A stretch of DNA of 24,000 bases. It comes from Peptoniphilus sp. GNH. Its GTDB lineage: Bacteria > Bacillota > Clostridia > Tissierellales > Peptoniphilaceae. Of the stretch, positions 1-8,192 are shown one piece after another. The translations under genes were made by a program, and so were the position numbers. Location of the stretch: assembly GCA_021307325.1 (NCBI GenBank), contig CP089931.1, positions 310,979-334,978 on the forward strand, read 5' to 3'. The notes under the pieces were generated by a model. That model had not been told where the DNA came from. It searched no databases and saw only the letters and a list, made by a program, of their open reading frames with translations. Positions within the stretch are counted from its first letter, which is position 1. Each line of letters opens with the position of its first letter.

Positions 1-91
1 AATTTTAGAAATCGAAGACGAAGATTATTTTAATGAGGTAGTTGCTGAGTTTTTGAGACTCTATGATGAAGAAGGAGAAGAGGAAGAATAA
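1..91 (+). CDS. 3' end of an unidentified upstream gene (partial, acidic C-terminus)
   Basis: Only frame 2 is open from the window edge to TAA at 89-91. It translates as ILEIEDEDYFNEVVAEFLRLYDEEGEEEE*. The other two forward frames hit stops within about 30 nt. Too short to assign a family. Confidence 0.35.
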   Translation, partial: ILEIEDEDYFNEVVAEFLRLYDEEGEEEE

Positions 92-95
92 TTCT

Positions 96-1010
96 ATGGT
101 GCCATACAGAGTTTATTCTGAATTTTTGAAAGACAAATTCGGAGAAAAGGTATATAAGTTGCCGGTAAACTTAAATGGCACCTGCCCAAATAGAGATGGA
201 AGTAAGGCTTATGGCGGCTGCATATTTTGCGGAGAAAGTGGCGGCTCTTTTGAAAATAAAGATGGCGACATAAGGCGGCAGTTGGAACTTTCAAAAATCA
301 CGATAGAAAAAAAGTACAAGGCCAAAAAATTCATAGCATATTTTCAAAATTATACTTCTACTTACGAAGATTTATATAAATTCAAATCATATGTAGAAGA
401 GGCTAAGATTGAAGGCGTTGTAGGTTTTTCATTCTCCACGAGGCCAGATTGTTTGGGCGATGATTTTCTTGATTATTTTCAAGACTTGTCAAAGGATTAT
501 TTTGTAACACTTGAAGTTGGGTTACAAACTGTAAATTATAAAAGTTTAAAGCTTTTGAATAGGGGACATGGTCTATCTGATTTTATAGACTCATCCATCA
601 GAGCAAAAAAGAGAAATTTGAGACTATGTGTTCACATGATTTTGGATCTGCCATGGGATGATATGGATGATGTCGTGGAAGGAGCCAGGGTTCTTAGTGC
701 ACTGTCTATTGATGAGGTTAAACTTCATTCGCTTTACGTTGTGAAAGGCACAAGGCTTGCTAGTCTTTACGATAAGGGTGAGGTTCAATTGCTGGATGTT
801 AAGACTTATAAGGAAAGAGTAATAAATTTTCTTTTAAATCTAGACCAGAATATAGTCGTTCAAAGACTGGTTGGAAGAGCTCCGCAAGAGGATACGATTA
901 TTGCGAACTATAATACAAGCTGGTGGAAGATAAGAGATGACATTATAAATGAGATGTATTTAAAAGGACTTAGCCAAGGTCAGTTAAGAAAGGGTGGTAA
1001 AAATGGTTAA
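96..1010 (+). CDS. Radical SAM protein, TIGR01212 (YtqA/YhcC-like) family, function unknown
   Basis: ORF track 63..1010. It carries the cluster motif CPNRDGSKAYGGCIFC typical of TIGR01212 radical SAM proteins, followed by core motifs FSTRPDC and LEVGLQT. I moved the start to ATG 96 (MVPYRVYSEF), which has GAGGAAG 9 nt upstream. ATG 63 has no SD and would overlap the upstream ORF ending at 91, but it remains possible. Confidence 0.85.
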   Translation: MVPYRVYSEFLKDKFGEKVYKLPVNLNGTCPNRDGSKAYGGCIFCGESGGSFENKDGDIRRQLELSKITIEKKYKAKKFIAYFQNYTSTYEDLYKFKSYVEEAKIEGVVGFSFSTRPDCLGDDFLDYFQDLSKDYFVTLEVGLQTVNYKSLKLLNRGHGLSDFIDSSIRAKKRNLRLCVHMILDLPWDDMDDVVEGARVLSALSIDEVKLHSLYVVKGTRLASLYDKGEVQLLDVKTYKERVINFLLNLDQNIVVQRLVGRAPQEDTIIANYNTSWWKIRDDIINEMYLKGLSQGQLRKGGKNG

Positions 1011-1428
1011 ATTTATCTTAGGAGCAAAGGGAGCAGGCAAAACAAAGTGGCTTATAGATGAGGCCAATAAAGAAATTGGCGAAGGAAATGGAAATATTGC
1101 CTTTGTTGAAGTTGATGATGATCATATTTTTTCATTGGACTATAATGTAAGACTTATAAATGCAACAGATTATAGACTTGCTAACATTGAAAGTCTTTAT
1201 GGATTCTTATGTGGCTTGATGGCTATGGATTATGACCTCAAAAAAATTTATGTTGACGGAATCTATAAAGTTATCAGATTAAATATTGAAGAAGTGGAAT
1301 TTTTGTGTAGCAAGCTTAGCAAGGTTCCAGAAATTGAAGGCAGAGAAGTATACATAAATGTAGACTTTATGTTGGACGATATGCCTGAATATTTCAAAAA
1401 TAATTGCTTGGAAGTTAAAGCACAATGA
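1003..1428 (+). CDS. Small P-loop NTPase-like protein (141 aa), function unknown
   Basis: Walker A GAKGAGKT lies near the N-terminus. IAFVEVDDDH is a candidate Walker B. AAGGGTGG SD sits just upstream of ATG 1003. The gene overlaps the radical SAM stop (1008-1010) by 8 nt. The ORF track's GTG 994 is the alternative start. Confidence 0.6.
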   Translation: MVKFILGAKGAGKTKWLIDEANKEIGEGNGNIAFVEVDDDHIFSLDYNVRLINATDYRLANIESLYGFLCGLMAMDYDLKKIYVDGIYKVIRLNIEEVEFLCSKLSKVPEIEGREVYINVDFMLDDMPEYFKNNCLEVKAQ

Positions 1429-1523
1429 AGGACAATAGATTGTTTGTTAGGGTAGTTGCAATAGCTTTGGTCGTGCTTATGGCTATACCTGTGGTTATGC
1501 AGCTTGTATCCTATCTTAGATAG
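1425..1523 (+). CDS. 32-aa single-pass small membrane protein (below the ORF-track length cutoff)
   Basis: ATG 1425 overlaps the TGA stop of the P-loop gene (ATGA). It translates as MKDNRLFVRVVAIALVVLMAIPVVMQLVSYLR*, with basic flanks around a hydrophobic core of about 20 aa. The TAG at 1521-1523 runs directly into the GAGGG SD of the next gene. Confidence 0.5.
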   Translation: MKDNRLFVRVVAIALVVLMAIPVVMQLVSYLR

Positions 1524-1534
1524 AGAGGGTTAAT

Positions 1535-2086
1535 TTGATTTTACCCATTAGAAGAGGTTTGTTTGAAAATTTTTTTGAACATAGATCTTATCTAATAATG
1601 AAGTACAGTAATAAGGATATTAGCAAGAGGGAATTTATTGAGATGAATTTCAATTATTTCAATAACCCAAATGCAAGACCCTTTTTGAAAGTGGATAGCT
1701 TTGAAAAGGGCATGTATAATTATCAATACTACAATGGTTTAGCCAAGTATTATCGCATGCTAGCAAAAGAATTGAGGTATGACAGGGACAACAAAAGGGC
1801 CTACAATGATTATTTGAATCTCAGCAATAAGTATTATGCAGAGAAGGATCAAGCTTCACTTAGCTTGTTAAAACTGCAAAATTTTTGTGATTGTGAAGCT
1901 TATTTTATAAAAACCCAAGCAAAAGGCTTAAAAAATAGACTTTATGAGATAGTTCTTTTAAACAAAAAAGAGGCTATTTTACATTCAAAGTCCGTATGGC
2001 TTCTTAATATATTAAAAGATGAGAATGTTTTTATTGATGGACTTAAGTCGTCTCTGATAGATGAATATATAAATGAGAGATACTAA
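1535..2086 (+). CDS. Hypothetical protein (183 aa), Tyr/Asn-rich, no family recognised
   Basis: ORF track. TTG start at 1535 has GAGGG (1525-1529) 5 nt upstream. The next in-frame ATG (1598) has no SD. Followed immediately by a terminator. Confidence 0.6.
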   Translation: MILPIRRGLFENFFEHRSYLIMKYSNKDISKREFIEMNFNYFNNPNARPFLKVDSFEKGMYNYQYYNGLAKYYRMLAKELRYDRDNKRAYNDYLNLSNKYYAEKDQASLSLLKLQNFCDCEAYFIKTQAKGLKNRLYEIVLLNKKEAILHSKSVWLLNILKDENVFIDGLKSSLIDEYINERY

Positions 2087-2120
2087 AAACTCTTACAGAA
2101 AATTTCTGTAAGAGTTTTTT
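2085..2120. terminator. Bidirectional rho-independent terminator between convergent genes
   Basis: Stem CTCTTACAGA (2090-2099) pairs with TCTGTAAGAG (2105-2114) around loop AAATT. An A5 run precedes it and a T6 run follows, so it gives a hairpin plus U-tract on both strands. Confidence 0.85.
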
Positions 2121-3274
2121 CATAGAATTTCTTTTATTTTTTTAATAAAGACATCCAAAATTTTTACAAGTTCAATTGTTTTACAATTGCCTTGCACTTG
2201 CACCATATTTCCAGAGCATGTGATGTCAAATTGTTTGGATAAATCATCAACTATAGACTTCAAATTTAGGCTTATAAGATTTTTAGATCTTGCTAACATA
2301 AATGAAGAAGTTGGACCGTTGGGCATACCATAAATTTGAATATAATTGTCCATGTCAATTATTTTTTGGGAAGTGAATTTCAATTCCTTGAAGTTTGGAG
2401 AGTTTATAATCTTATATATTATACTGTAATCTTTGTAAGTTAAGGCCTTGGACTTGAGTTCATTTACAGTTTCAAGGTTCAATTCTTTCTCCATCTTTTT
2501 ATTTTCTTTTACAAGAGAATCAAATTTCATTTTTAAACTTCTGGAAGCAGTTAGAATGTCTCTGCTGTCGTTAAGTTTATAAAGGGATTTCAAATTTTCA
2601 ACTAAATCAAATTTTTCTTGATAATCATCAAAGGCTTTTTTCCCAACCAAGAAAGACAACTCAATATTTCCGTCATTATTTTTCGTTATTTTGTTTATTT
2701 TAAAGATTCCCAATTCGCCACTTCTAGATAAAAGTGGACCAAATGATTGAAATTTACCCAATCCTTTTATTTCTGCAATATAATTGATTTTGTCGAAACT
2801 GCTATCAACTCTATTTATAATTAGGTTAGCTTGAATCAGATAATTTATGTATTTTTCAATTTCTTTGATTCTTGTGTAGCTTATATCCTTGGCAGATATA
2901 GTAAGAGATGAATTCTCAAGAATAGTAGATGAGATAATTTCAGCTCCATAATTTCTCATTAGAACTTTTTTTAAAATAGATAAGCAAAGGGCATTTTGCA
3001 TATTAGTCAATCTGTATTCCCAGTCGATTTCGAATTTTGCCTCCAGAATGTCTGTAGGCTTTTCATAGACAATTTCTTTTCCATCAAAGTAAAATGATAA
3101 GTCCTTACCGTCATATGTAAGTCTATCCATGGGGAAAGAGTCATTTTCAAAAACAGCTATATTCTTATCTGCAGTATATTTAATTTTTCCCGTATCATCT
3201 TCAAATGGAATAAATTTAGCCCTTACAGATTTCATATAAGGATTTTCTAAAAACTTAAAATTAATAATTCTCAC
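2120..3274 (-). CDS. AlaX-L-like protein (alanyl-tRNA editing / tRNA-SAD-type domain plus C-terminal DHHA1-like region) with degenerate metal-binding motifs
   Basis: ORF track, 384 aa. IDWEYRLTNMQNALCLSIL resembles the AlaX/AlaRS editing motif (DWxRR..MQxHxxxHLL). FGPLLSRSGELGIFKINKI resembles CGGTHVxxTGEIGxFKI. The His/Cys positions are substituted. GTG start at 3274 abuts AGAGAG, so the start is uncertain. Assignment is from remembered motifs only. Confidence 0.5.
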   Translation of the reverse strand: MRIINFKFLENPYMKSVRAKFIPFEDDTGKIKYTADKNIAVFENDSFPMDRLTYDGKDLSFYFDGKEIVYEKPTDILEAKFEIDWEYRLTNMQNALCLSILKKVLMRNYGAEIISSTILENSSLTISAKDISYTRIKEIEKYINYLIQANLIINRVDSSFDKINYIAEIKGLGKFQSFGPLLSRSGELGIFKINKITKNNDGNIELSFLVGKKAFDDYQEKFDLVENLKSLYKLNDSRDILTASRSLKMKFDSLVKENKKMEKELNLETVNELKSKALTYKDYSIIYKIINSPNFKELKFTSQKIIDMDNYIQIYGMPNGPTSSFMLARSKNLISLNLKSIVDDLSKQFDITCSGNMVQVQGNCKTIELVKILDVFIKKIKEIL

Positions 3275-3335
3275 CTCTCTATTAACTATTCTACCATTTT
3301 TAGTCCGCTATTGTATAATATAATTTGGTGGTTAT

Positions 3336-5642
3336 ATGTATTTTGTTGCAAGTTATATAGCGGGAATCTTAACTTATAATTATTTCACTAAAGCTAGCTT
3401 AACAGTGATTCTCGCCCTGGCATTTCTCGTAAGTTCATATTTTTATTTTAAATCAAACAAGAAAAAGTTTTTGATTTATTATATTTTATTTTTATTTGGG
3501 CTTGTAAATTTTGGAATAAGGACAGAGACGCCAATTTTGGGCGAGCATAGTATAAAAGCCAAAGTTGTCAAAGTTTTGGACAAGGGTTTTGTCTTAAAGG
3601 TGAATAAATTTCCCTTATCTAAAAAAGTTTTGATAAAGTCTTATGAAGATCTTGATATTGAAAAGGGAGATTTTGTATCTCTTAGTGGAGACTTTGAAAA
3701 GGCGGAAGATGCTTATAATTTCAAATCTTTTTCATATAAAAAGTATTTGTTGGGACAGGGCATCTTGTCTATATGCCGAAAGCCTAAAATAGAATACATA
3801 AAAAGACAAGGCTCTTTTGTAGGCGCTATGCCACTTAGGATAAAAAACACGCTTTTTGGTGATTATAATCGCTATATGTCAACAAGTTCTGCAGAGATTT
3901 TAGAGGGCCTAATTCTATCTGAAAAGTCCTCAATAGAGAATTTAAATGCTTACAGACAAGTTGGTTTGGGACATATACTTTCTATTTCTGGATTTCATAT
4001 AGGAATTTTATATTTATTTTTGTTTGGCATTTTTAGGTTCATAGATTTGGACAAAAAAATTTGCAAGCTCATGGCGCTTATATTGGTGATTTTTTATTGT
4101 TGGATGATAGATTTTCCTCCAGGGGCACTTAGAGCTTGCCTGATGCTCATTTTCACAGATCTGGCATTTTTTGTTAAAGGACAATATTCAACAAGGGATG
4201 GACTCTTTATATCGCTATTTATCATATTAATTTTTGCGCCATACCAACTTTTTAATATTTCCTTATTACTTTCATATTTTGGTGTGGGAGGCATTATATA
4301 TCTGGGAAATAGGCTAGTAAACATTTATGGTGGAAGCTACATTAAAAATGCTTTTTTGATTTTACTTGGAGTAAATATAAGCATATTTCCAGTACAGGCA
4401 CTTTCCTTTGCAAGCTACAATATTTTTTCCATACCTATAAATTTGATTCTAACACCCCTATATAGTTTGGCAATAATTGTGGCCTATATAGCATCCTTAT
4501 TTTCTGTAATATCACTTCCAATAAGACCCTTGTACGAGTGTTTAGATTATTACTTGAGGATGTGCAATTTTCTAGTCAATGACTTAAATAATTATCTAAA
4601 TTTTAGTCTAAATCTTAGACAACTCGGAATTTTATCAATATTTGCCTATGTATTTTTGCTTATAAGTAGGCTTATAAAAATTCCAAATCTTAATAGAAAA
4701 ATATATGCTTGCATAATTATATATTTTGCCCTACTTATAGGCATATATTCTTTGGAAGCTTATAGGTCATATGGGGCTCTCAAGCTATCTTTTATATATG
4801 TTGGGCAAGGGGATGCCTGCTTGATAAATTATAGAGGCAAAAATTTTCTGGTAGATACTGGAGGATGCGAAGATGAAAATTATAATCCTGGTGAGATTTA
4901 CCTAAAAAAAGTGCTGGAAAGAGAAGGGGTAAGGACCATAGACGGTGTATTCATTTCGCACTTTGATGCGGACCATGTTGAAGGCATAAAAGACATATGG
5001 GATAGATTTAAGATAAAGAGAGTTTTTATGCATTCTTATCCGACAAAATCACCTTATCTTAAAAAAATTATAAAACGCGGTTTAAAAACAATAAGCTTAA
5101 AAGATGGCCAAGTCCTTAAAAGTGACGACTTAGAGTTCAAAGTCTTGTATGATGGCTCTAAGGCAAGTAATGAAAATGCCAGTTCTTTGATTTTGATGGC
5201 AAATCTAAATGGATTTAAAATACTATTTACAGGAGATTCAGATAAAGAGTCTGAGAAATTTTATAATGGGGAAGAGACAACTATTTTAAAAGTTGCTCAC
5301 CATGGCTCGAATACATCTACAAGTCAAGAATTCTTGGAAAAGGTAAGACCCAAGATAGCAGTCATATCATGTGGATATAAAAATTCTTATGGTCATCCCA
5401 GTGAACTTGTTTTAGAAAATTTAAAAAATGAAAATGTAAAGACTTTCGTAACAGCTTATGATGGAGAAATAAAGATGACTTATCAAAATGGAAGGCTAAG
5501 AATAGATAGAGCACTTCCTAAAAACAAAATTTCAATTTATGATTATTACAAAGATTTTTTAATAATGCTAGTTCTAACATCAATAGCAGCCTTTTTAGTT
5601 TTAGATTATAGGAGAAGAGATGAATTACAAAGAGATTTATAA
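3336..5642 (+). CDS. comEC: DNA internalization-related competence protein ComEC/Rec2
   Basis: 768 aa polytopic membrane protein. It has the competence-domain motif ILSISGFHIGILY and a C-terminal metallo-beta-lactamase domain (FISHFDADHVEG, KVAHHGS). GGTGG SD lies before ATG 3336. holA follows immediately, as in Bacillus. Confidence 0.92.
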   Translation: MYFVASYIAGILTYNYFTKASLTVILALAFLVSSYFYFKSNKKKFLIYYILFLFGLVNFGIRTETPILGEHSIKAKVVKVLDKGFVLKVNKFPLSKKVLIKSYEDLDIEKGDFVSLSGDFEKAEDAYNFKSFSYKKYLLGQGILSICRKPKIEYIKRQGSFVGAMPLRIKNTLFGDYNRYMSTSSAEILEGLILSEKSSIENLNAYRQVGLGHILSISGFHIGILYLFLFGIFRFIDLDKKICKLMALILVIFYCWMIDFPPGALRACLMLIFTDLAFFVKGQYSTRDGLFISLFIILIFAPYQLFNISLLLSYFGVGGIIYLGNRLVNIYGGSYIKNAFLILLGVNISIFPVQALSFASYNIFSIPINLILTPLYSLAIIVAYIASLFSVISLPIRPLYECLDYYLRMCNFLVNDLNNYLNFSLNLRQLGILSIFAYVFLLISRLIKIPNLNRKIYACIIIYFALLIGIYSLEAYRSYGALKLSFIYVGQGDACLINYRGKNFLVDTGGCEDENYNPGEIYLKKVLEREGVRTIDGVFISHFDADHVEGIKDIWDRFKIKRVFMHSYPTKSPYLKKIIKRGLKTISLKDGQVLKSDDLEFKVLYDGSKASNENASSLILMANLNGFKILFTGDSDKESEKFYNGEETTILKVAHHGSNTSTSQEFLEKVRPKIAVISCGYKNSYGHPSELVLENLKNENVKTFVTAYDGEIKMTYQNGRLRIDRALPKNKISIYDYYKDFLIMLVLTSIAAFLVLDYRRRDELQRDL

Positions 5643-6621
5643 AAAAGAATTATTTGGACCATATTTTTTTACAGGGGAGGAGGACCTTTTAAAAGACAAT
5701 GCCACAATATATTTAAAGTCGAAGATTGGCAATTTTCTCGATTTTAATTTTATAAAGCTTGATGGCAAATCGGCCTCTATTTCAGATTTAATAAATGCCT
5801 GTGAAAGATTGCCAATGATGAATGACAAAAAGATGATATTGATAAAAGATGCGGGGGATTTTATTTCTTCATTTGATTTCAAAAAAGATCTCGAAAAAAT
5901 TGTAGCTTCTTGTCCCAAAGATACGATTCTAATATTTCAAGAAGGTCTCAGTCTTATAAATAAAAACAACAGCTTTTATAAGTGGTTTAACAAGAAGAAT
6001 AGGATATTTGAATTTTCAACTTTAAATCCCTTGGATGCAGGCAAGTATATAAGTGGCTACTTAAAAAGAAAAAATATAGAAATACAATTTGAAGATGCTA
6101 AATACTTGGCTCAAAGACTAGGATACGGGTCTAAGAATTTGGATGCAAATCTATTTGACATAAAGAGTGAACTTGATAAGCTTGCTAATATGGGCTTTTA
6201 CTGTATAAAAAAAGAGGATATAGACCTTGTCGTAAAAGAAAACATAAACCTAAATATCTTCGACTTTTTAGAAGCCTTGGCAAATAGAAATATAAAAAAG
6301 TCTTTGGATATTCTAGAAAATCTATATAACTTAAATGAATCAGTCTCCAAAATTTTGGCAATGGTTACAAGACAAAATCATATGATTTTAGGAGTAAAAT
6401 TGGGCCTAAGTGACAGATCAACAGATGTGATGTCGATTCTTGGGATTGGCAATTACGAATATAAAAAATTTATAAATTATGCTAAAAATTTTTCTAAAGA
6501 AGAACTTATAGATATTTACAGAAATTTACAAGATGTAGATTATAAAATCAAGACATCTTCAGAAGAAGAGAAAATTTTACTTGAAAAAGAAATAGTAAAA
6601 ATTTGCAATAAAAAAGGTTAA
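5620..6621 (+). CDS. holA: DNA polymerase III delta subunit
   Basis: 333 aa. The N-terminus (PYFFTGEEDLLKD) is typical of HolA. The position directly after comEC is conserved. AGGAGAAGAG SD precedes the start. It overlaps the comEC end by 23 nt. Confidence 0.85.
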   Translation: MNYKEIYKKELFGPYFFTGEEDLLKDNATIYLKSKIGNFLDFNFIKLDGKSASISDLINACERLPMMNDKKMILIKDAGDFISSFDFKKDLEKIVASCPKDTILIFQEGLSLINKNNSFYKWFNKKNRIFEFSTLNPLDAGKYISGYLKRKNIEIQFEDAKYLAQRLGYGSKNLDANLFDIKSELDKLANMGFYCIKKEDIDLVVKENINLNIFDFLEALANRNIKKSLDILENLYNLNESVSKILAMVTRQNHMILGVKLGLSDRSTDVMSILGIGNYEYKKFINYAKNFSKEELIDIYRNLQDVDYKIKTSSEEEKILLEKEIVKICNKKG

Positions 6622-6648
6622 TAGGAACTTCATAAGAAGTTTCTATTA
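6611..6648. terminator. Shared hairpin terminator between convergent holA and rpsT (U-tract only on the rpsT side)
   Basis: Arms TAATAGGAACTTC (6619-6631) and GAAGTTTCTATTA (6636-6648) flank loop ATAA, giving 13 bp with one G-U or A-C position. The minus-strand transcript continues into CCTTTTT (plus 6611-6617). Both stop codons lie inside the stem. Confidence 0.6.
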
Positions 6649-6909
6649 ACCAGCTGCGTTGAGCTTCTTGGTTAGGCTAGAGATTTTCCTAGCAGCAGCA
6701 TTTTTATGAACTACATTTTTACATGCTGCTCTTTTTAATTTTTTATCAATAAGCTTAATTAGGCTTCTTGCTTCTTCAAGATTATTTACCATCAAAGCTT
6801 GTTCAAACTTCTTAATTGCATTCTTGATTTCAGACTTTCTAGCCTTATTGCGTAGAGTTGCCTTCTTTTGAGTTTCAATTCTTTTTATTGCAGATTTAAT
6901 ATTTGCCAT
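6646..6909 (-). CDS. rpsT: 30S ribosomal protein S20
   Basis: MANIKSAIKRIETQKKATLRNKARKS is a classic S20 N-terminus. I trimmed the start to ATG 6909 because GGAGGTG lies 7 nt upstream. The ORF-track start 6924 adds MEVNE. Confidence 0.95.
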   Translation of the reverse strand: MANIKSAIKRIETQKKATLRNKARKSEIKNAIKKFEQALMVNNLEEARSLIKLIDKKLKRAACKNVVHKNAAARKISSLTKKLNAAG

Positions 6910-6945
6910 TTCATTCACCTCCATAGCTTTTTTCGAACTCGTTAT

Positions 6946-6974
6946 ATGATACTATATTATAGCCATTTTTGCAA
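6946..6974 (-). promoter_or_regulatory. Candidate sigma-A promoter of rpsT
   Basis: On the minus strand the arrangement is TTGCAA (6974-6969), a 17-nt spacer, then TATCAT (6951-6946), about 35 nt upstream of the rpsT start. An alternative TATAAT at 6961-6956 has a poor -35. Confidence 0.4.
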
Positions 6975-7046
6975 GATTTATTTATAGGGTAAAATCTAGA
7001 ATCATAACAATATGGGCATATAAGTTATATTTTAAGATTATCAATA

Positions 7047-8192
7047 TCATTTAATAAAAATCAATTCAACTTGATTTGAAAGATCTCTTCCTTTGGAAGT
7101 CAAATATAAATTATTCGAATTGAGCTTACACCAGAAAAGAGAGACACTTTTTTCAATTTCGTCCTTATAGTAGCTTTTAAAATCAATCCCAAATTTTTTT
7201 TCGAATTTTTCAAAATCAACACCATCATTTAACCTAAGCCCCATCATGACAAATTCATTTATCCGATCTTTTATAGATAAGTTTTCGAAATTTTCAATAG
7301 GTTTTAAATTTTTATCGATTGAGTTGAAATAAGTTTCAAAGTCGCCATAATTCCAAAATCTTTTGTTTCCAATATTAGAGTGAGCAGATAAACCGAATGA
7401 AAGGTAGTCTTGCAAGAGCCAATATTTTAGATTGTGCCTGCATCTATATTTTGGCTTTGAAAAATTAGAAATTTCATACTGCTCAAAATTTAGATTCTTT
7501 AGCCTCCTACAAATATAGTGGTACATTTTTCTATCAAGATTTTCATCAGGAAAGTCATTTTTTGCTGTTTTATATTTATTAAAAAGTGGAGTGCCTTCTT
7601 CTAATATTAAGCTGTAGTAAGATATGTGTTTTGGATTTAGCTTTTCTATAAAATCAAAATTTTTATCTATATCATCAATGCTTTCACCAGGTAGGGCCAT
7701 CATGAAGTCAAGATTAAAGTTTTCTATATAAGATTCTTTAATGCAGTCTACTGCTTTTAATAAATCCATATTACCATGAATACGGCCTATTTTTTTTAAG
7801 ATGGTTTCATTTGTGGATTGGGCGCCGAGAGATATTCGATTTACGCCAAGCTTTTTGAAAGCTTGAATTTTTGAAAGATTTATAGAATTGGGATTGGCTT
7901 CTACTGTAAACTCTAAATTATTCGAGAACTTGAATTTTGAAAAGATATTTTCTAAGGAGCTTATTTGTTTAGGGGTCAAAATGGATGGAGTACCTCCACC
8001 GATAAAAATTGTGTCAATTGTCTTTTGACATAAAAAATCCTCCCAAAGACAAACTTCCTTTTCCAAATAAAGCAAATATTTGTTTATTATCTCATCATTT
8101 TCCACAGAAGAATTAAAATCACAATAATAGCATTTGGACTCACAAAAGGGGATATGAATATATATCCCCAAATCATTATGCTTCTTCATCAT
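7047..8192 (-). CDS. hemW: Radical SAM heme chaperone HemW (HemN-like, oxygen-independent coproporphyrinogen oxidase family)
   Basis: It has the radical SAM motif [16 protein letters not shown], and the HemW-type RHNLKYW motif. Its position immediately downstream of lepA is conserved. It overlaps the lepA end by 17 nt. Confidence 0.9.
   Translation of the reverse strand: MMKKHNDLGIYIHIPFCESKCYYCDFNSSVENDEIINKYLLYLEKEVCLWEDFLCQKTIDTIFIGGGTPSILTPKQISSLENIFSKFKFSNNLEFTVEANPNSINLSKIQAFKKLGVNRISLGAQSTNETILKKIGRIHGNMDLLKAVDCIKESYIENFNLDFMMALPGESIDDIDKNFDFIEKLNPKHISYYSLILEEGTPLFNKYKTAKNDFPDENLDRKMYHYICRRLKNLNFEQYEISNFSKPKYRCRHNLKYWLLQDYLSFGLSAHSNIGNKRFWNYGDFETYFNSIDKNLKPIENFENLSIKDRINEFVMMGLRLNDGVDFEKFEKKFGIDFKSYYKDEIEKSVSLFWCKLNSNNLYLTSKGRDLSNQVELIFIK

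Noticed and set aside
94-294. A 66-aa minus-strand ORF overlapping the radical SAM cluster-binding region, plus similar short antisense ORFs at 4094..4324, 5637..5918, 10629..10823, 11724..11957, 14215..14442, 15825..16055, 16676..16873, 17273..17530, 18026..18259, 19900..20106, 20672..20878, 20959..21240 and 21422..21688
   Set aside because: All are embedded antisense in confidently assigned genes. They lack SD sequences and have compositionally biased products.
3314-3319. A TATAAT hexamer upstream of comEC as a promoter
   Set aside because: The implied TSS (about 3326) would fall on or inside the GGTGG SD (3327-3331), and no acceptable -35 lies at 16-18 nt spacing. The real comEC promoter cannot be placed from sequence alone.
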